64,000 nucleotides of DNA from Podarcis vaucheri (taxonomy: Eukaryota): the NCBI GenBank assembly GCA_965113315.1, contig OZ220363.1; one strand, given 5' to 3'. Made by a program: the position numbers and the translations under genes. This document shows positions 39,659 through 53,584 of this stretch, one piece after another. Each line of letters begins with the position of its first letter. Position 1 is the first letter of the stretch. Under the pieces are notes generated by a model. The model made no database searches, was not told the origin of the DNA, and was given only the letters and a program-made list of their open reading frames with translations.

Positions 39659-39841
39659 TCAGTAGTGAACCTGATCAGTGAACTACAAGAACAAATGTGT
39701 AGACTGCAGCTGGACATTAATAGTAAAATCCAGGAAAGAAAATCCCACAGTAGGAAGCCAAATATGGCAGCAGTCGGTCCTCAAGATAGCATTGACTCGG
39801 TGACAGAGGTCCCTGTTTGGAAGAATTGCACTCAGTGTGAT
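39659..39841 (+). CDS. PPFIBP2: Probable cassette exon (SVVNLISELQEQMCRLQLDINSKIQERK...NCTQCD)
   Basis: Long pyrimidine tract + TAG acceptor, 183 nt (61 codons, no stop), GTATGA donor, heptad-like N-terminal half, phase 0-0. Confidence 0.8.
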
Positions 39842-42483
39842 GTATGAGAAGTAAATTTTGGCCTGAATTTGTGCATTGCCCCCTTTCAGAGACCAAACTA
39901 AACTACTAACTGGAGCTTGCTGTGACCAATTGGCATTAGTTTGCGTAGCTTTCAGTAGACAGAGTGCTGTGTTTAAGAAACCAACAGGAAATTTTTGCTT
40001 GTCTTGGCCCAGCATGCTTTCATCCAGACCAAGTAAACATGTGCTTTATCTCCCAGTTGTAAATCAGTTTTGTCTCCTGTTTGGAATGATTTTCTCAGGA
40101 GTTGCTCCATGTGAAATTAGGAGGGCTGCTTAAATTGTGCTGCAGCTAAGTTGGCCTAACTTACAAGATACTTATCATGGTGTTCAACAGTCTTTTGTAT
40201 CTATTATGGGATGCTTTGGTAATGGTCTGGTTGAATAAATGCAGGTAGGCACCTTGATTGTGGGTTACATGGTTATTCTTTGTTGTTCTTTGTCTCTCAC
40301 ATATGACATACGTAGAAGGTTTGCTAATGCCCAGAAAAAAGGATACACTTTCAGTATAGGAGGGGGGGGGAGTCAAATTGAGTATGTACTGATTTACATG
40401 TGATTATTGCTAAACTGAGGATCATGAAAAGACATGTAAGGATAGACCCAGGGACCTCTCAGGGAGAGAGGGGTAGTCTAGGTCTCTTCATTTCAAGAAG
40501 TTAGCACTGTTGCCTCATGAAATCATCATCATCATAAATTTATATGCAGCCATTTTGGGTGGCTGTAAGGGGAAAGAATTCAGAAAGTGTTCCACATAAC
40601 TGCTCAGTATAGTAAACCTGATTTTCTACAGCACCAAGGGCAATAAAGGATTGTTATGTTTAGCAATTAGTGGTGTGTTTTTTAATTGGAATAAGTTATT
40701 TAATATATTTAATAGACAACTTGCATTTAGAACTTCCCTGTTTTATATTAACACCCTATTAAAAACAAACAAACCACCCCCTTCCCTCAGGGCCATGTAT
40801 ATTTTTGGCTGCAGGCTTTCATTTAGGAAAATGAGCTTTGGAGTGTCTTAAAATCATAGGCATATGATTTTTGCTTATTGTGTGCATTCTAAGAGGATCA
40901 AATGAAGGGGGAGAGGCATGGTGAATGCTCTGTCGTGTGTTTCTTTGTTTAAACCCCATAAATTTTGATTGCTTATCCTGCATAACAAGCACTTCAGTGA
41001 AGGCTTTCTGGAATTTATAGAACAAACCTTTGCTGTGTTTGATCAGAAACCACTTCACATGTCAGGCTGAAAGCTACTTTGGTTAAGCTGATGAAGTTGA
41101 ACAGAAGAGGAATGACAGTGGTATGCCTAACATAAGCTCGTTTAAAGACTTACTAGCAGCTTGGTTTGTTCATGTTGCCGTGTTGTCTTCTGAATTTTGT
41201 AGAATCACATTTTGGAGATACAGTAATACGTTTTTAATCAGTTCATGTTTGATTTTTTTTAAAAAAAGAAAATTATGGTGGCTTTCTCTACTGTGCCATT
41301 ACCTTCCTTTAAGTGTGTTCCAGATATTGGTTGCCCAACAATGGCAGCAGAACACATCCTGTGTTGTGAACCACCGTGTAATCTTTGAATGAAGGGTGGT
41401 ATACAGATTTAATAAATAATAATAGCCATTCTGGAAGAGAGAGACCCAAAAGATTTCATCTGCAAGCACATATAAACACAAAAGAACATGATGTGATTGT
41501 GGTTCCTGAGAAAAGTGCTGTTAAGAAAATAGTTCTGAACAGTTCGAGCAGTCGGAAATCTAGTTTCTGAACTGCATTGAACTCCTATTCAGAGAGGGAA
41601 GGATATAAAAATCACTTGTGTGGTTCATACATTAACTAGCAGAGTCAGCTGCTCTGGAGAATTTTGTGTGTGTACCACTCACTGAGTCGAACTTGTATGC
41701 CAGATTTAAAGCAGTTCCTCAGATGACATAAAAATTGTCAGTGGTGTCTCAGAGACAGAGCATTGAAATGAGACAGTTAAAAAAAGAGAGTTTAAAAAAA
41801 GCAGCAGCAAAGCATGAAGCTTTTGATTCTATTCAAAGGCACCAACTTGCACCAAAGATGAAGGGGGCCTGGCGTTGCATGCATGTAACATCATGTTCAT
41901 GACGTCACATTGTCGGGAGGAGGCTGAGTGTGCAGCATGGCTTCAATGGCTGGCGGCGCCTCCTCTCTCGTGCTCAGCCTCCTTCCATGGCAGGAGGAGA
42001 TGCTGGCCAATGAAGCTTAGCCTCCTCCATCCCCTCAGCATTGGGGAGGAGACTCCCAAAGGATATAGGGGGCCCAAAACAGCTCAACCCCCATAATAAG
42101 CTAGTGTCCCTGACTCTCTTTATCACATAGGCAAATCTGATTGGCTATGTGGTTCTTTGGCATCATGCTGGCTACATGTTCTGCAGTTGATGCTGATGAA
42201 ACAAGCCTTCAAAACATTGGTTTGCAAAGCCAGTTAAAACCATGGCTTCAAATCACTGTGATTAGTTAGACTCTTCAAGATTGTTCTTTCCTTGACAGCT
42301 GTCTGGGGTTATTAGTAAAAGAGAGTTCATTTTAACAGACTACCAATTCAAGACTGCTCTCTATCAGCAGTCAGGCCTGGGGTAATTTTATTTTATTGAG
42401 ATGGGTGCAGTCACTTGACAATTTCACCCACGAGTCCGGTCTCACGAGTAAATGTGTTTTCTCTCTCCCCTCCCCCTCTGCAG

Positions 42484-42576
42484 AACTTATTACAGGAACT
42501 AAAACACCTAAAAATTAAGGTTGAAGAGCTGGAAAATGAAAGAACGCAGTATGAATGGAAACTGAAAGCAACCAAA
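42484..42576 (+). CDS. PPFIBP2: Liprin-beta-2 exon (NLLQELKHLKIKVEELENERTQYEWKLKATK)
   Basis: CAG acceptor after pyrimidine tract, AAA|GTAAGC donor, 93 nt, phase 0-0. Confidence 0.97.
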
Positions 42577-42964
42577 GTAAGCCACACAACCATTTCACAT
42601 ATTATGCAGAAACAACCCAAGTTTGTCATGCAGTGTAAACTCAAAAGAGGCCTGTAATTCCTTTAAAATGTCATGTGGTCCTAGAAAAGTTTTCTCACCT
42701 CCCCAAAGGGAATATACTTACATCCATCCTTTTGCTATGTTTCTGCGTTGGCTGGCAATAAAAGTTTTGAGTGTCAAGGAGCAAAGGGCAAGAGAAGATT
42801 TGGGTGCAGTGTGCAAAAAATAATAACAGCATAAAAATGCTTTGTCTGAAGTTTTTGTGTTTCTAACATGCATTAGAGAAAATAATCTATAGTGGTTCTT
42901 TGTAATTTATTTTTTTGGATGAGATAGAGATGAAAAGAAAGCTAATGTTAATCTGTTCTTTCAG

Positions 42965-43073
42965 GCTGAAATTGCACAGCTTCAGGAACAGTTAGCTCTA
43001 AAAGACTCGGAGATTGAACGATTACAGAGTCAAATCTCGAGGACATCGGGAAATAATGAAATTGCAGAAAGAG
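42965..43073 (+). CDS. PPFIBP2: Liprin-beta-2 exon (AEIAQLQEQLALKDSEIERLQSQISRTSGNNEIAER), phase 0 to 1
   Basis: ttcttttCAG acceptor, GAG|GTAATG donor, 109 nt. Confidence 0.96.
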
Positions 43074-44412
43074 GTAATGATGGGGGGATAGCAAAGTTGC
43101 TATCAAAATGTTTTGTCTTCAGTTCTGTTACTGTTATCCATTCTCAAATGGAGAATGGGGTATGGCTTATTACATTTAGGGGAAATATTTTCCAGGAAGT
43201 GTAGGTGCCAAAGAGATTGTTTTGTAATCCTCTGTTTGTGGCCTATTTTTTTCTCACTTATCCAAAATGTGATTGCTCTTTTTATGAAAGTTTCTTTTAA
43301 AGCATTCCTAAATTGACACAGCAGTTTTATCCCTGTATCCTAATCTTACTATTATCTGTTATATAGTACATTTAAGCATACAGCGCTGTATACAATAAGT
43401 ACTTTAATCCACATAACCCATTTTACTGGAGGAGTGACAAGCTTTTTAGCCTAGGTCACCCAGGTAGAAGTCCAAGAGTGGCTCTAATGTCAAACATATG
43501 GAGTCTGTTTTCTTTTTTTAATAATAAAAAACAGAGAATAAATCTTACCTTTCTCTTTATCTTTTTACTGTTCCCCTTCCCCTTGCTGTTCTATCGATGT
43601 CAGGACTTCATAGGGAAATTCTATGCAGTGCTATGAATTTCAGCTCTGAAGGGATTGGTTTCAATAAATGGTTAATATGTAGCAGGGTATACTGGTCAAA
43701 TATGAACAGCTATTTGCAATGTGCAGCATTTATTAAGGCTATCTCTTACCAAAGTGATGACTGAGCTTTGACAATCCAGTATGATAATCCTTCAGCCTAC
43801 CATTTCATGTATGAATGGCTGGCTCTCTCTAGTCGAAATGAATCCATTTGTTACTTTGAGAAAGGTAAATAACTCTTTTTAGGTGAGATCCGTTCAATGA
43901 TGTATTGACACACATTAGATATTATGTTGTTTGTTTATATAGCCTTGAGCTTTGGTATTGGTTTCCATTGTTTGTAGTGTCTATGCATGTTTGGTATAAT
44001 AGGGTTTGCATGTGTTACTATTTCTCTAACAGTAACTAGGGAATGTCAGCAAGCTTGTTTCCTGCTGAAGTCCATTGATTCCAAAAGGAGGAAGGTTCAA
44101 ATATTTGAGATGCCTTGGGTTGCCATTCTAAAGCCTCAGTAGTATTTATAAGCCCCATTAAACCTGATAGTGTTGGGTGATCATACATTCGAAGATGTTT
44201 ACTCTTAATGAGCCCAAAATGGAGTTTGTTGCATTTCTTAACAACAAAGCTTTGTCACCCTCCTTGTCAACGTTTGAACACTGATAGAGATCAGCGGTCA
44301 TCTCAAATTGTATCTTTTATTTCTGAATGCCTATTCTGATGAAATTGCATACAGTCTCTGATCTGTGTTCTTTCTGCATACCTTATTTGACTCTCTTCAT
44401 TTCCCACCGTAG

Positions 44413-44445
44413 AGGAAGTGTATAGGCGAAGGCTAAAAGAAAAAC
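44413..44445 (+). CDS. PPFIBP2: 33-nt microexon (EEVYRRRLKEK), phase 1-1
   Basis: Pyrimidine tract + TAG acceptor, C|GTAAGC donor, frame-preserving. Resembles the short DENFKKKLKEK segment at the same position in liprin-beta-1 (from memory). Confidence 0.82.
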
Positions 44446-45853
44446 GTAAGCCCTAAGATTTCGCTTTATTACTTTTCACACACAAATTATACCTAAAGTG
44501 CACTTCTGCAGCAATAATCATTCAATGTTGGCTCTGTAGTTGACTGCTGAATCGTAACATGCGGGGTGAATATCTCATTGCTTACAGCAGACAGAATGGC
44601 TTTAATACAGTCAGATTTATTATCTCACACAAAATCTCCAATGTTGCGTAAGTGAACAGAAAATGGGCATTAAAGAGGCTCTGTCAAAGTTGGTGGACTC
44701 CAGAATAGACATTTGTATATTTAAACCACAAAAGATGCATTGCTCATGCACAGCTTTTACCCCCCCACCCTTTTTGGAAAGGGGGTTTTTCTTCCAAACC
44801 TTCAAGACCTAGCATTTTAAATATTTCCATCTTAATTGTAGATAATACCTTATTTTTGAAGAAGTCTTCATAAAAGTGAGAAAACCTTGACATAGCTCTT
44901 TTAAAAGTCTTTTTTCCTCCTTTAAATCTGACTGGGTGCTTGTGCCTTGCTTGTCGTTAAGTGTGGCTTTAAGAAAAGCAAAAACTGTGTCTGTCCATGC
45001 CACATCTATGTGGAAATTCCACTGCCTGCTAAAATATGATTAAAACACATAACCCACTAATTGGATCACTCCCACCACTAGATTTGCAGTACAGCTGTGA
45101 TAATCTAAACTTTATTTTTTTTTAAAAAAAAACTACTGAATACTAATTCTCCCCCTCCCTGTACTAATATTTTTGCAACACTATTCTTCTTTTCCTTGTG
45201 TGTCACATTGCCATCTTTGCAAATTATTGTTTTGAAATGTCACTATTTTAAAAATGCCTAAGATTTGGGATAGTTTTGTTTAGAACACCTAGGAATGTGT
45301 GTTGCTAGGACAACTGCTGTAGTCAAATCAGTCCCTGCATTCTCAGTCAGCTGTATCTTCATCCCAAGCCAAAGACTGTTAGCTCTAAAGTTACTTCCAT
45401 GTCTGCAGTGAGCAAAAAACGATCTAATGAACGCGTACAAAACTTCAACTTCTTCCCAGAAGTTTTTCTCTTTGAAGGGTACAACCTATTCACAAGGTGT
45501 ATATTCTTATTGGAGAAAGAAAGACAGTGACTCCCATACGAAGGCTTGAAAGCTGATAACCAAAACTTAAATTTTGCCTGTTGATGATAGCAGGGTATAA
45601 GGCAGTTAGAAAGTGAGCCCCTAACTAAAAAGCATCTGCTGCTGTTTGGTAAATGGCTTTAGCACGGACTAGGATTTCTTTTGCACTACTTGGTACAGGG
45701 GTGTGGAACTTGAGGCCTAGAGGCCAGATGTGGTCTTCCAGGTTCCTGTAACTGGCCCTGGAGACTCTCACTAATCCTGCCCTCCAGTGCTTTTGTGTGG
45801 CTGGAATGTATGCTTGAACTGTGATGATGCCTCCCGTTTGCCTAATTGGAGAA

Positions 45854-45881
45854 GTGTGTGTGTGTGTGTGTGTGTGTGTGT
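45854..45881 (+). repeat. (GT)n microsatellite
   Basis: Read directly from the sequence. Confidence 0.95.
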
Positions 45882-47290
45882 AAGCCCCTGGCTTTTGAGT
45901 GACTGGAATGCAGCCTGTTGTACAAAGGTGAGAGTCTCTTGCTGCCTTTTGCCCACCCTTTGCACATCTTTGGTCCAAAAAGTTCCCCCACCGCTGGTTT
46001 CCTTCGCCATACAATGAAGATAGATGAATGCAAGTAGCAACAAAATCTGTATTCTACCAATCAATAGTTTTCAAGCCTCTGCATCCAATACCTTATGCAA
46101 TTTACTATTTTTGAAAGGTCCACGGTTTTATTTTAAATAATGAGTTATGTGCAGAACACTTTGTTTTCTGTCAGAGGGTAATTACTTTGGCTTTGAAACC
46201 AGCCATCTAGCTAGTTGTAGTGCTTCTTATTTTGCTAGAAGTGTTTATAAAACAACAGTTTTTGCACTCCATAGATTTTTGTGTGTGCCTGAATATCAGC
46301 AAGTGCTTGAAGATGCTGGGCATTAAAGCATTGAATGTTTCAATCACAAAAAATTTTAAAATCGCAATTCCGTTTAGTGGCTGTATTCGGATAGCACATT
46401 AAGCCATAACCCGTTGTGTGCCTCAACGAACAGTGAGTCATTTCCACAGTGCCCCTTCCCTAGCACTTAAAATCATGGTTTGTTGGAAGAGAAACAAACC
46501 ATGAGCACAGATTGGAACACGACAGTAACCAAATGTTTGTTGCTCCTGCTCATGATATGGAAGGAGTGTGTCAGGAGCGATTTCAGCAGCATTCACTCGA
46601 GCACTCCTTGTTCATGATAAGCCATGGTTTAGTTGGAGGCCAAGAAGAATCCATATTTTTAGCAGTCAGGAAATTAAAACATTATGTAGTGTGTCATGTC
46701 TGTTTCCCTTGAACATGCCATACCTGAGCATCAAGTAGGGGGCCTCAGGAAAGACCTAGTTTGTGATGCAGTGGGAGGGTGGAACTGGCAAAAGAAACTG
46801 GCAGCTTGCACAAATTTCAGCTTGCACAAATTTCAGCTCTCGCATCTCTGCATCCAGCCCATTGTCGATCTGTGAATGTTACTGGTTTTTGTTTGTTTGT
46901 TTTGTAGGCACCCTGGAAGTGAGTGGAACTGAAGGGTGGCACATAACATTCTAAATGCATTTATTCAGGGAGGTTGTTTTTATCTCATTCCAAGAGACTT
47001 CTGCAGTGATGTAGAAAGATCTCACCTGATAAAAACGTGTCACGTAGAACCAGCAGAAAGTGCTTGTGCATGCCCTGTGGTGACAAGAGCTACCACATTG
47101 CATAATTTAAACAGAGGCACAGAGATGTAAGGCACTGGCACAGTTTTTTGTTTTGCTTTGAGAAGATTGCCGAAAGTAATGTTACGATTGCACATCTGAT
47201 ATAGCATTACCATTTTGTATACTATAATGGCAGGTAGCAATGTATGTGTATTTTCACATCCTTTATTTCCTTCTGAAACATTTCTTTTAG

Positions 47291-47352
47291 ATCAAGAGGT
47301 CCAATGTTTGAAAGTAGGAATGGAATCATTATTGGCTGCAAATCAAGAAAAG
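47291..47352 (+). CDS. PPFIBP2: Liprin-beta-2 exon (DQEVQCLKVGMESLLAANQEK), phase 1 to 0
   Basis: tttcttttAG acceptor, AAG|GTAAGA donor, 62 nt. Confidence 0.96.
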
Positions 47353-47511
47353 GTAAGAAAAGTGCAACCGTTAAGTGTTGTTGTTGTTTGTTGTTTGTTG
47401 TATATGCCTCCTTTTCCCAGGCTAGGGCTCAAAGCAGCTTACAGATAAAAATGGGGAGGGGCAGAAAAAAACTAAAAACTGAGAAGATCATCATTTATAA
47501 ATACATATATA

Positions 47512-47916
47512 TGGGCAAGTCCCCATTTACGTGAGAGTTACGTTCCAAGACACCGTGAATTAAGTGAAATTGCACACATTTGAAACACCATTGGAAATGC
47601 CTGCAAACACCCTCTAAACCCTTGGAAACCCCTTTAAAAAACCAACAGCACTTACCAAACGCCACCACAATTGCTCCCTCCAAATCTCCTTGATCAAACT
47701 CTCCACAGGCCTCAGCGATTGGCGCAGGGTCTCCTGGGATTGCACTTGCAAATACTTGTGGAATTGCTAGGCACTGTTTGTGTGCCTTTTTGCCCTTTCT
47801 GGGCTCTTTTAGGGATGCTTTTACCATTTTTAAAGTCCCTTTCAGGTTTGGCTCCATGTGCATGTACGCAGTCACGTGTCAATTTGATGCGCATAAATTA
47901 TTGGTTGTTCCCTGTA
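47512..47916. mobile_element. Degenerate Tigger-like element
   Basis: ggcaagtccccatttacg...ttacgttccaagac start and ...ttccctgTA end; imperfect inverted termini. Confidence 0.4.
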
Positions 47917-49472
47917 CATAAAATAATCTATTTCAAATGCAGATAATAATAACAACATCTCAGCACGAACCCTTTGATTGATGGTCATGAAAACAGATCA
48001 TACACTAGGGGCCAGAACTGCAAATAGGGACACCTTACTCAACCAGCAGCACCAGGGCTCCCCATTATTGCTTGCATGCCATTCCTTTTCCCCAAAGATG
48101 ATAGTAGTTTTGATTTTAAAATCTAAAATTATATTGATACATTAAAAAATAGACAATGGAAATAGCAATGTTACAAGTATTCTTTTTGTCCCCTTCCATG
48201 GAATATATCTGATTATTCCTGGTGCTTTTACTGGGGAAGGCACTGGATTGTAAGAGGTGTTTTATTCAATACCCAGCAGTAGGTAAATTGCCCTTCATAT
48301 CGTGTCTGGCCATTTCAGAAAGCTGTAACTAGTTTAAACTGTAGGCCTTGGTGCCCTGAACTTTCCTATGACTCACACTTTCTTGTCACACCTATTTTCA
48401 TGAAGGAAGTGCCATGGGGAGAATTTAATCATAAGATAGCCTTGACCCCTCTCAACTTTCCATCACTGGAAACTACCTCAAGCAGGTGGTGTCTCATGAC
48501 TGGGGAGAAAAATGATTGCTGGACTCCATTAACAGGGTGCCAATATACAGGCAGGCTGTCCCTGCTGATAATATTTCCTAAAGCGCAGAGTGGAGGTGTG
48601 TGGGTCCATGTGCCCCCACCCCCAATATGATTGACATCAGCATGATTTCGACAAAATGAGGCAAGGGTATGCCTGCAACATGTAACAAGCTAAATATGAT
48701 AAAAGCACTTATTTATTTGCACTATTTATAGCCCACTGTACATTGAAATTTTCATTCCAAGAACAGGCACAAAGAAATAAAAGGAAATGGAGAAAAACCG
48801 CAATATATAAGCAATCACAAAATCATATAAAGGCGTCCAATAAACAACAAATTAACTGCTTCGTCATAATGTGAAAGCAAGACTACAATAACAACAAATA
48901 ATATTTCCCCCCAAAGAAACCCATAAGAGAAACAGATTAAGCAACCAGTGAATGGTCTTTGCAACAGTTCCCACCCCATTCTTCACTCATAGCATTCCAC
49001 TCATTCCCGCTCTGTCTCACACTAGCCCCTGTGTGCGTCAATAGACTCTCCCTCTGTGACAACAGTCCTGAGGATTGTTCCCAATCCTGAGGAAACCCAC
49101 TGGCTTCAAGGTCTGTAAGGCTGCCAGGTACAGACATGGAGGAGGATTTGATGACCTCCTTCACCTCTTTTCTTCTTACCTGCCAGCACAAAGAGCATTC
49201 GGGGACCTCAAGGTCCACACTTCTGTGTAACTACAGTAGAAGTATGTGATAAGAGGGACAGGTAACAGGTGCCCCATGGACAGATTCCAGGTTCAGCTTT
49301 CTTTCTCATTTCTTGTGAGCGAATAATCATACAGCAACAAGTCTCAGGGCTGCAGAGACTAGGAAAGGTCTCATGGGCCTCACCTTATTCCCAATATATG
49401 TAGATTCCTGTATATTGAAATCCTCACACCATTCAAATCTGTCTGTTTTCCTTCTCTTCGCTTCCTTTTCAG

Positions 49473-49548
49473 GACCGCCGAATAGAAGAGTTAACTGTAT
49501 TGCTAAGTCAGTACCGAAGAGTGAAAGAGATCATGATAGCAGTACAAG
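49473..49548 (+). CDS. PPFIBP2: Liprin-beta-2 exon (DRRIEELTVLLSQYRRVKEIMIAVQ), phase 0 to 1
   Basis: Long pyrimidine tract + CAG, AAG|GTATGA donor, 76 nt. Confidence 0.96.
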
Positions 49549-52500
49549 GTATGATTGGTGGATATACATCACATGGAAGAGCTTCCAAAACTTTGAGGCA
49601 ATTCTAACAAAGAGTTTTAATTTTTATATTCAGAAAAGGGTTGTGAGGGGAAACTGAGATAGCAGCCCTAGAAAGGCAGAGGGCTGGTTTGTGTGACACA
49701 GTAATCCAAACTATGCCTTAGTGAAACTCTGAATACGTGGGCTCCAGTAGAAGAATTTCCAGCTGCTTCGCTCCTTTCTGGTCCTTTTTGCTGACATGCC
49801 GTTAAGTCAAGGTTTGACTTAGCATGTTGTCCAAACTGGGACTCACGATTAAGCTCACTAACCAGTAGCTGCAAGTGTCCAAGATACATTCCTGTGGTGG
49901 AGAACCATAATAAACACAGTTTCTTCGTCGCCATTCTTATGTTCCCCAACAAGCTTCTTTCCTCTCTCCATTTCTCTTCCAAGGTGCTAAGCCAGTGATG
50001 CTTTGCTTGATTTACTGTAGCTTTTAATATGTGGCAATTCTTAAGCATAGAATAAATTTATAATTAGGCCTTTTGGAGTAGTTACTTCATGGAAAGATTC
50101 CACATTAAGTATTTGTTAGCATATGGAGCAAATAGATCTTGGGTATTTAACCACCAATGTTCGACTTCATTCCAGTCACTTCTTTAGTATAAGCAAATAT
50201 CCCAGTGTTTCATTCCATAGGATCTTGAATGGGATTGACCTGCCACAACAGCACACGTAAACTTGAGACGTGGGGCTGCATGGAATGTTTTATCCAAGGG
50301 ATGATGAACTCGTGTGGGGCTATGTCCCTCCCCTTTGTCCGTGACTAATACTGCTTGGCTCTGCCTTTTGATACATACAATTAGGGCTATCAGCATGTGT
50401 TTGTGGAAGCCCTCTGCCTTTGGGGGGGGGTCAAAGAATGGTATTCCTTATTGCTTTTATAACACAAAGTTCATTGACATTAAGAACAGAGTTCTTGGAC
50501 TAGTCAGTGTTCAGAGACACTCTGCACTGTCAAAATCAGTTCCAATACATGCAGCTGGACAGTGAAGCTTCTGTTTTAGTTACATATAGGACCAATGCAT
50601 TGCTGTCATCACCTGGGAGAGCTTACCTGTTTGAAAATGTGGCAGACACATTTACCTGCTTGTAAATGTGGCAAACAGCAGGCTACTGGTAACGGATCTG
50701 TATTTTTCGGAGGTCGGTTTGAGTAGCTTCCATGTGTGGTCCTGAATACATTGTGTTTCTTTCTGGGAAACACATAGCAACAGCCTGTCCATCTTGACGA
50801 CAGTCAGCAATACTGAGCAAGATGGAGGGGGTGGTCAAACTTGTTACAGTGCAGCTGCCTGCATTCCTAGGCTAGTGGTGTCACACACGTTCTCGGATCT
50901 TCATATTATTTGGCAGAGCAGATAGTGAAAGTTAATTTATTGTCTGCATTGTGAGCTGTTTATCCATAATAAGTCATGCAAGTATTTTTTCATGTCTAAG
51001 AAGGAATAATTCATTTTTCTTGTTAAGAGACTTATTTCGAAAAGTTGCCTAGGAAAGCATCTCCCCTTGCCTGACTAGACAGCCACATGAAATGTTATAC
51101 TTCCTGTCTGCATTTAGAATAACCCAGCCAAGAAGATAAGTGAATAATATATATATAAAGCACAATGGGGCCCAGGATCCACTGAACATGCTTTTACATC
51201 CCCTACCCTACAAGGTTCCTTTAAACTCAGAGTGACTGCCCCTTTGCAGTTTAAAGGAAATGTGTGGGAATGGAAATGGAGAGAGGAATGGCTTTCTGAG
51301 ACCAATCTTCACTCTTTCATCTACGATTATTTCTCATCCATCCTCAGTTGTTATGACTGAATAAGTTTCAGTGTTATCATTACAGATTTTACTAAACATA
51401 TGGTGGTGGTTGAGATGATAAGCCTGAGATGCTATTTTTAAATCATTGACTTTAAAATGTTATTGGGGGGGGGCAGTGCTTGGCCTAAACCTTATTTTGC
51501 TTTTCTTAAACATGAGGTCTAGCAAGAAGCCCATCTGAAATTGCTGGTCTTTTTCTATACAATAGACATATGAGAAGCTGGAAGTAATTTTCCTGTTTTG
51601 TAACCAATCTTGCACTCTCTAATATGTGAAATAGATGGGATTAGGCAACATTTTATTCCACACGGTTATATTTTCCAGTGACTTAATGTAACTTTAAAGA
51701 GCGTGCTTGCCACAGCGACCCAGTTTGCTTTAATTAACTACAGAACATTTGGCTAATATATGCATAACTGTTTTAGATTGTGAAAAATAAGTTGATCGTA
51801 TCCCTTTCCTTCTACATCAGCTAGAATTGGAAAGCTGACCTGAGCCCTTAACTAAAAAACAAAATAAAAAAAAAACTTTAATTAAATGGTGTAGGAATTA
51901 AAAGCTAAGAATTATAAACTAAACCTAACATTGAAATAAATGACATGTACCAGAATGCTGAATACAAATAAAGTCAATAGGAGCTAGACGCCTGCTTGAT
52001 TTTATTACACTTCCTGCTCATTTTAACTAATTAAGTAGTACTAAATATAAATACCCTTTTCTTTTGAGCATTGGTAATGAGAGATTTTTAAGTGTTGCCT
52101 GAATCAATTTAATCAGTTTGTTATTCAACTAAAGTTTTAATTACAGTTAAAATTACCCCCCCTTTTTTTTTTACTGTTTATACAGTCTATTCCAAATATT
52201 ATCTCTTAATTGGTGGGTCTGAAATGAAGCAACACAGTGCTGTGCAGACACAGACATTCCAGTCCCTTCTTCCCTGCCAATGTTATATATATATAAACTT
52301 AACAGCTTTTCTTTCTAGTTGTATAAAGCTAGCATTTTGGAGTGAAACAGTTGAGATGTTCCTTCTAGAGATAAAGGAACACAGGTAAGTATCCTCCCTT
52401 AGATGTGTATCTTCCACAGAGGGATCTGAATCTCTTTTGGTTTGCTCTCCATCCTTACTGTACTAATTTAAAGCAACATTGAACTAGTTACTAAGTTTAA

Positions 52501-53584
52501 ACAACATTTTTAGCTGCTGCAGCAAAACAACAGTACAGGCATTTTTCTGGCCACCTCAGTCAGAATACCTTATCCTTAGAAAGGGCCTGCCTTGGCCCTT
52601 CCTCTGAGATGAGGACGGGGCAGCAGAGAGCCTTGCTGAGTGAGTGAGTGAGTGAGTGGATGGGTGCTGGCAGCAGCTGGGGTGACTGAGGACAGTATGG
52701 CGAGTGAACAGGGGCTTGTAGGACCAGTTACCTGCTCTCTGCAAGCACCACCTGAAGCGATTCTCTTGCTTATTATCATTGTATGACCCACCTTGTAAAT
52801 TCTAAAAGCCGTGTTTTGAAGTGACACCATTTCTAAAGCAGCTGAAAGCCACAATCTTGTATCTGAAATGACATTTGGGGATTCTGTGAGATTTGCAAAA
52901 TTATACTTAGTTGGATATATGTGTCTGCTTCGTGTTGTGGGCTGTGAATTACCAGCTTGGTTTGCACATCATGGTAAGATTATGACCCTATGTTTGGACA
53001 ACATGCTAAGCCGCACAGAGCTAGGAAGACCAGGAGCAAATCAGCTGTGGTCTCCTCCCCGGGAGTCAGTATGTTCATATGAAGCTGTGGCTGAATTACA
53101 TGCAAATATGACCAATGTTTCACTGACTGGAATATCTCAAAACCTGAAGAGATTGAACTTTCACTGTGCTTGACACATAGTTCCATACCACCACCTGTTA
53201 CAAGGGGCTGTGAATGAGGATGTATGAATTAGACCTAAATATGTTAAGAGTCATTGTGAATTTTTGTTTTTGTTTTCTAAAAACAGCCTTTAACCATGCT
53301 CTGCTCTAAATTTCAAAATTTTATCATGTTTAGAGACACACATCTAAAAGAAAATATTCTATGCATCTAAATGTTGAACTGATTAATTAGCAAGACGTAT
53401 TGGAAATTTACTTGCTAAATAATAACTGTACTTTATTGGTTCTGTCTGTTGGAATCCTTCTGTTGTAATACTATGGCTGCTCGATTGAATAATTGATAAT
53501 TTTAGGCTCTCGGTGATTTTTGGTCTGTGTACGTATATATGGAATCCTCTAACCATGCACAATTTTAAATTCCAATCCTTTTAG

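Noticed and set aside
46936-47130. 64-aa ORF as an additional PPFIBP2 exon
   Set aside because: No acceptor/donor pair places it in the required phase 1-1 frame.
50770-50830. LSILTTVSNTEQDGG as the linker exon after 49548
   Set aside because: Poor splice sites; the exon at 53585-53691 fits phase and homology much better.
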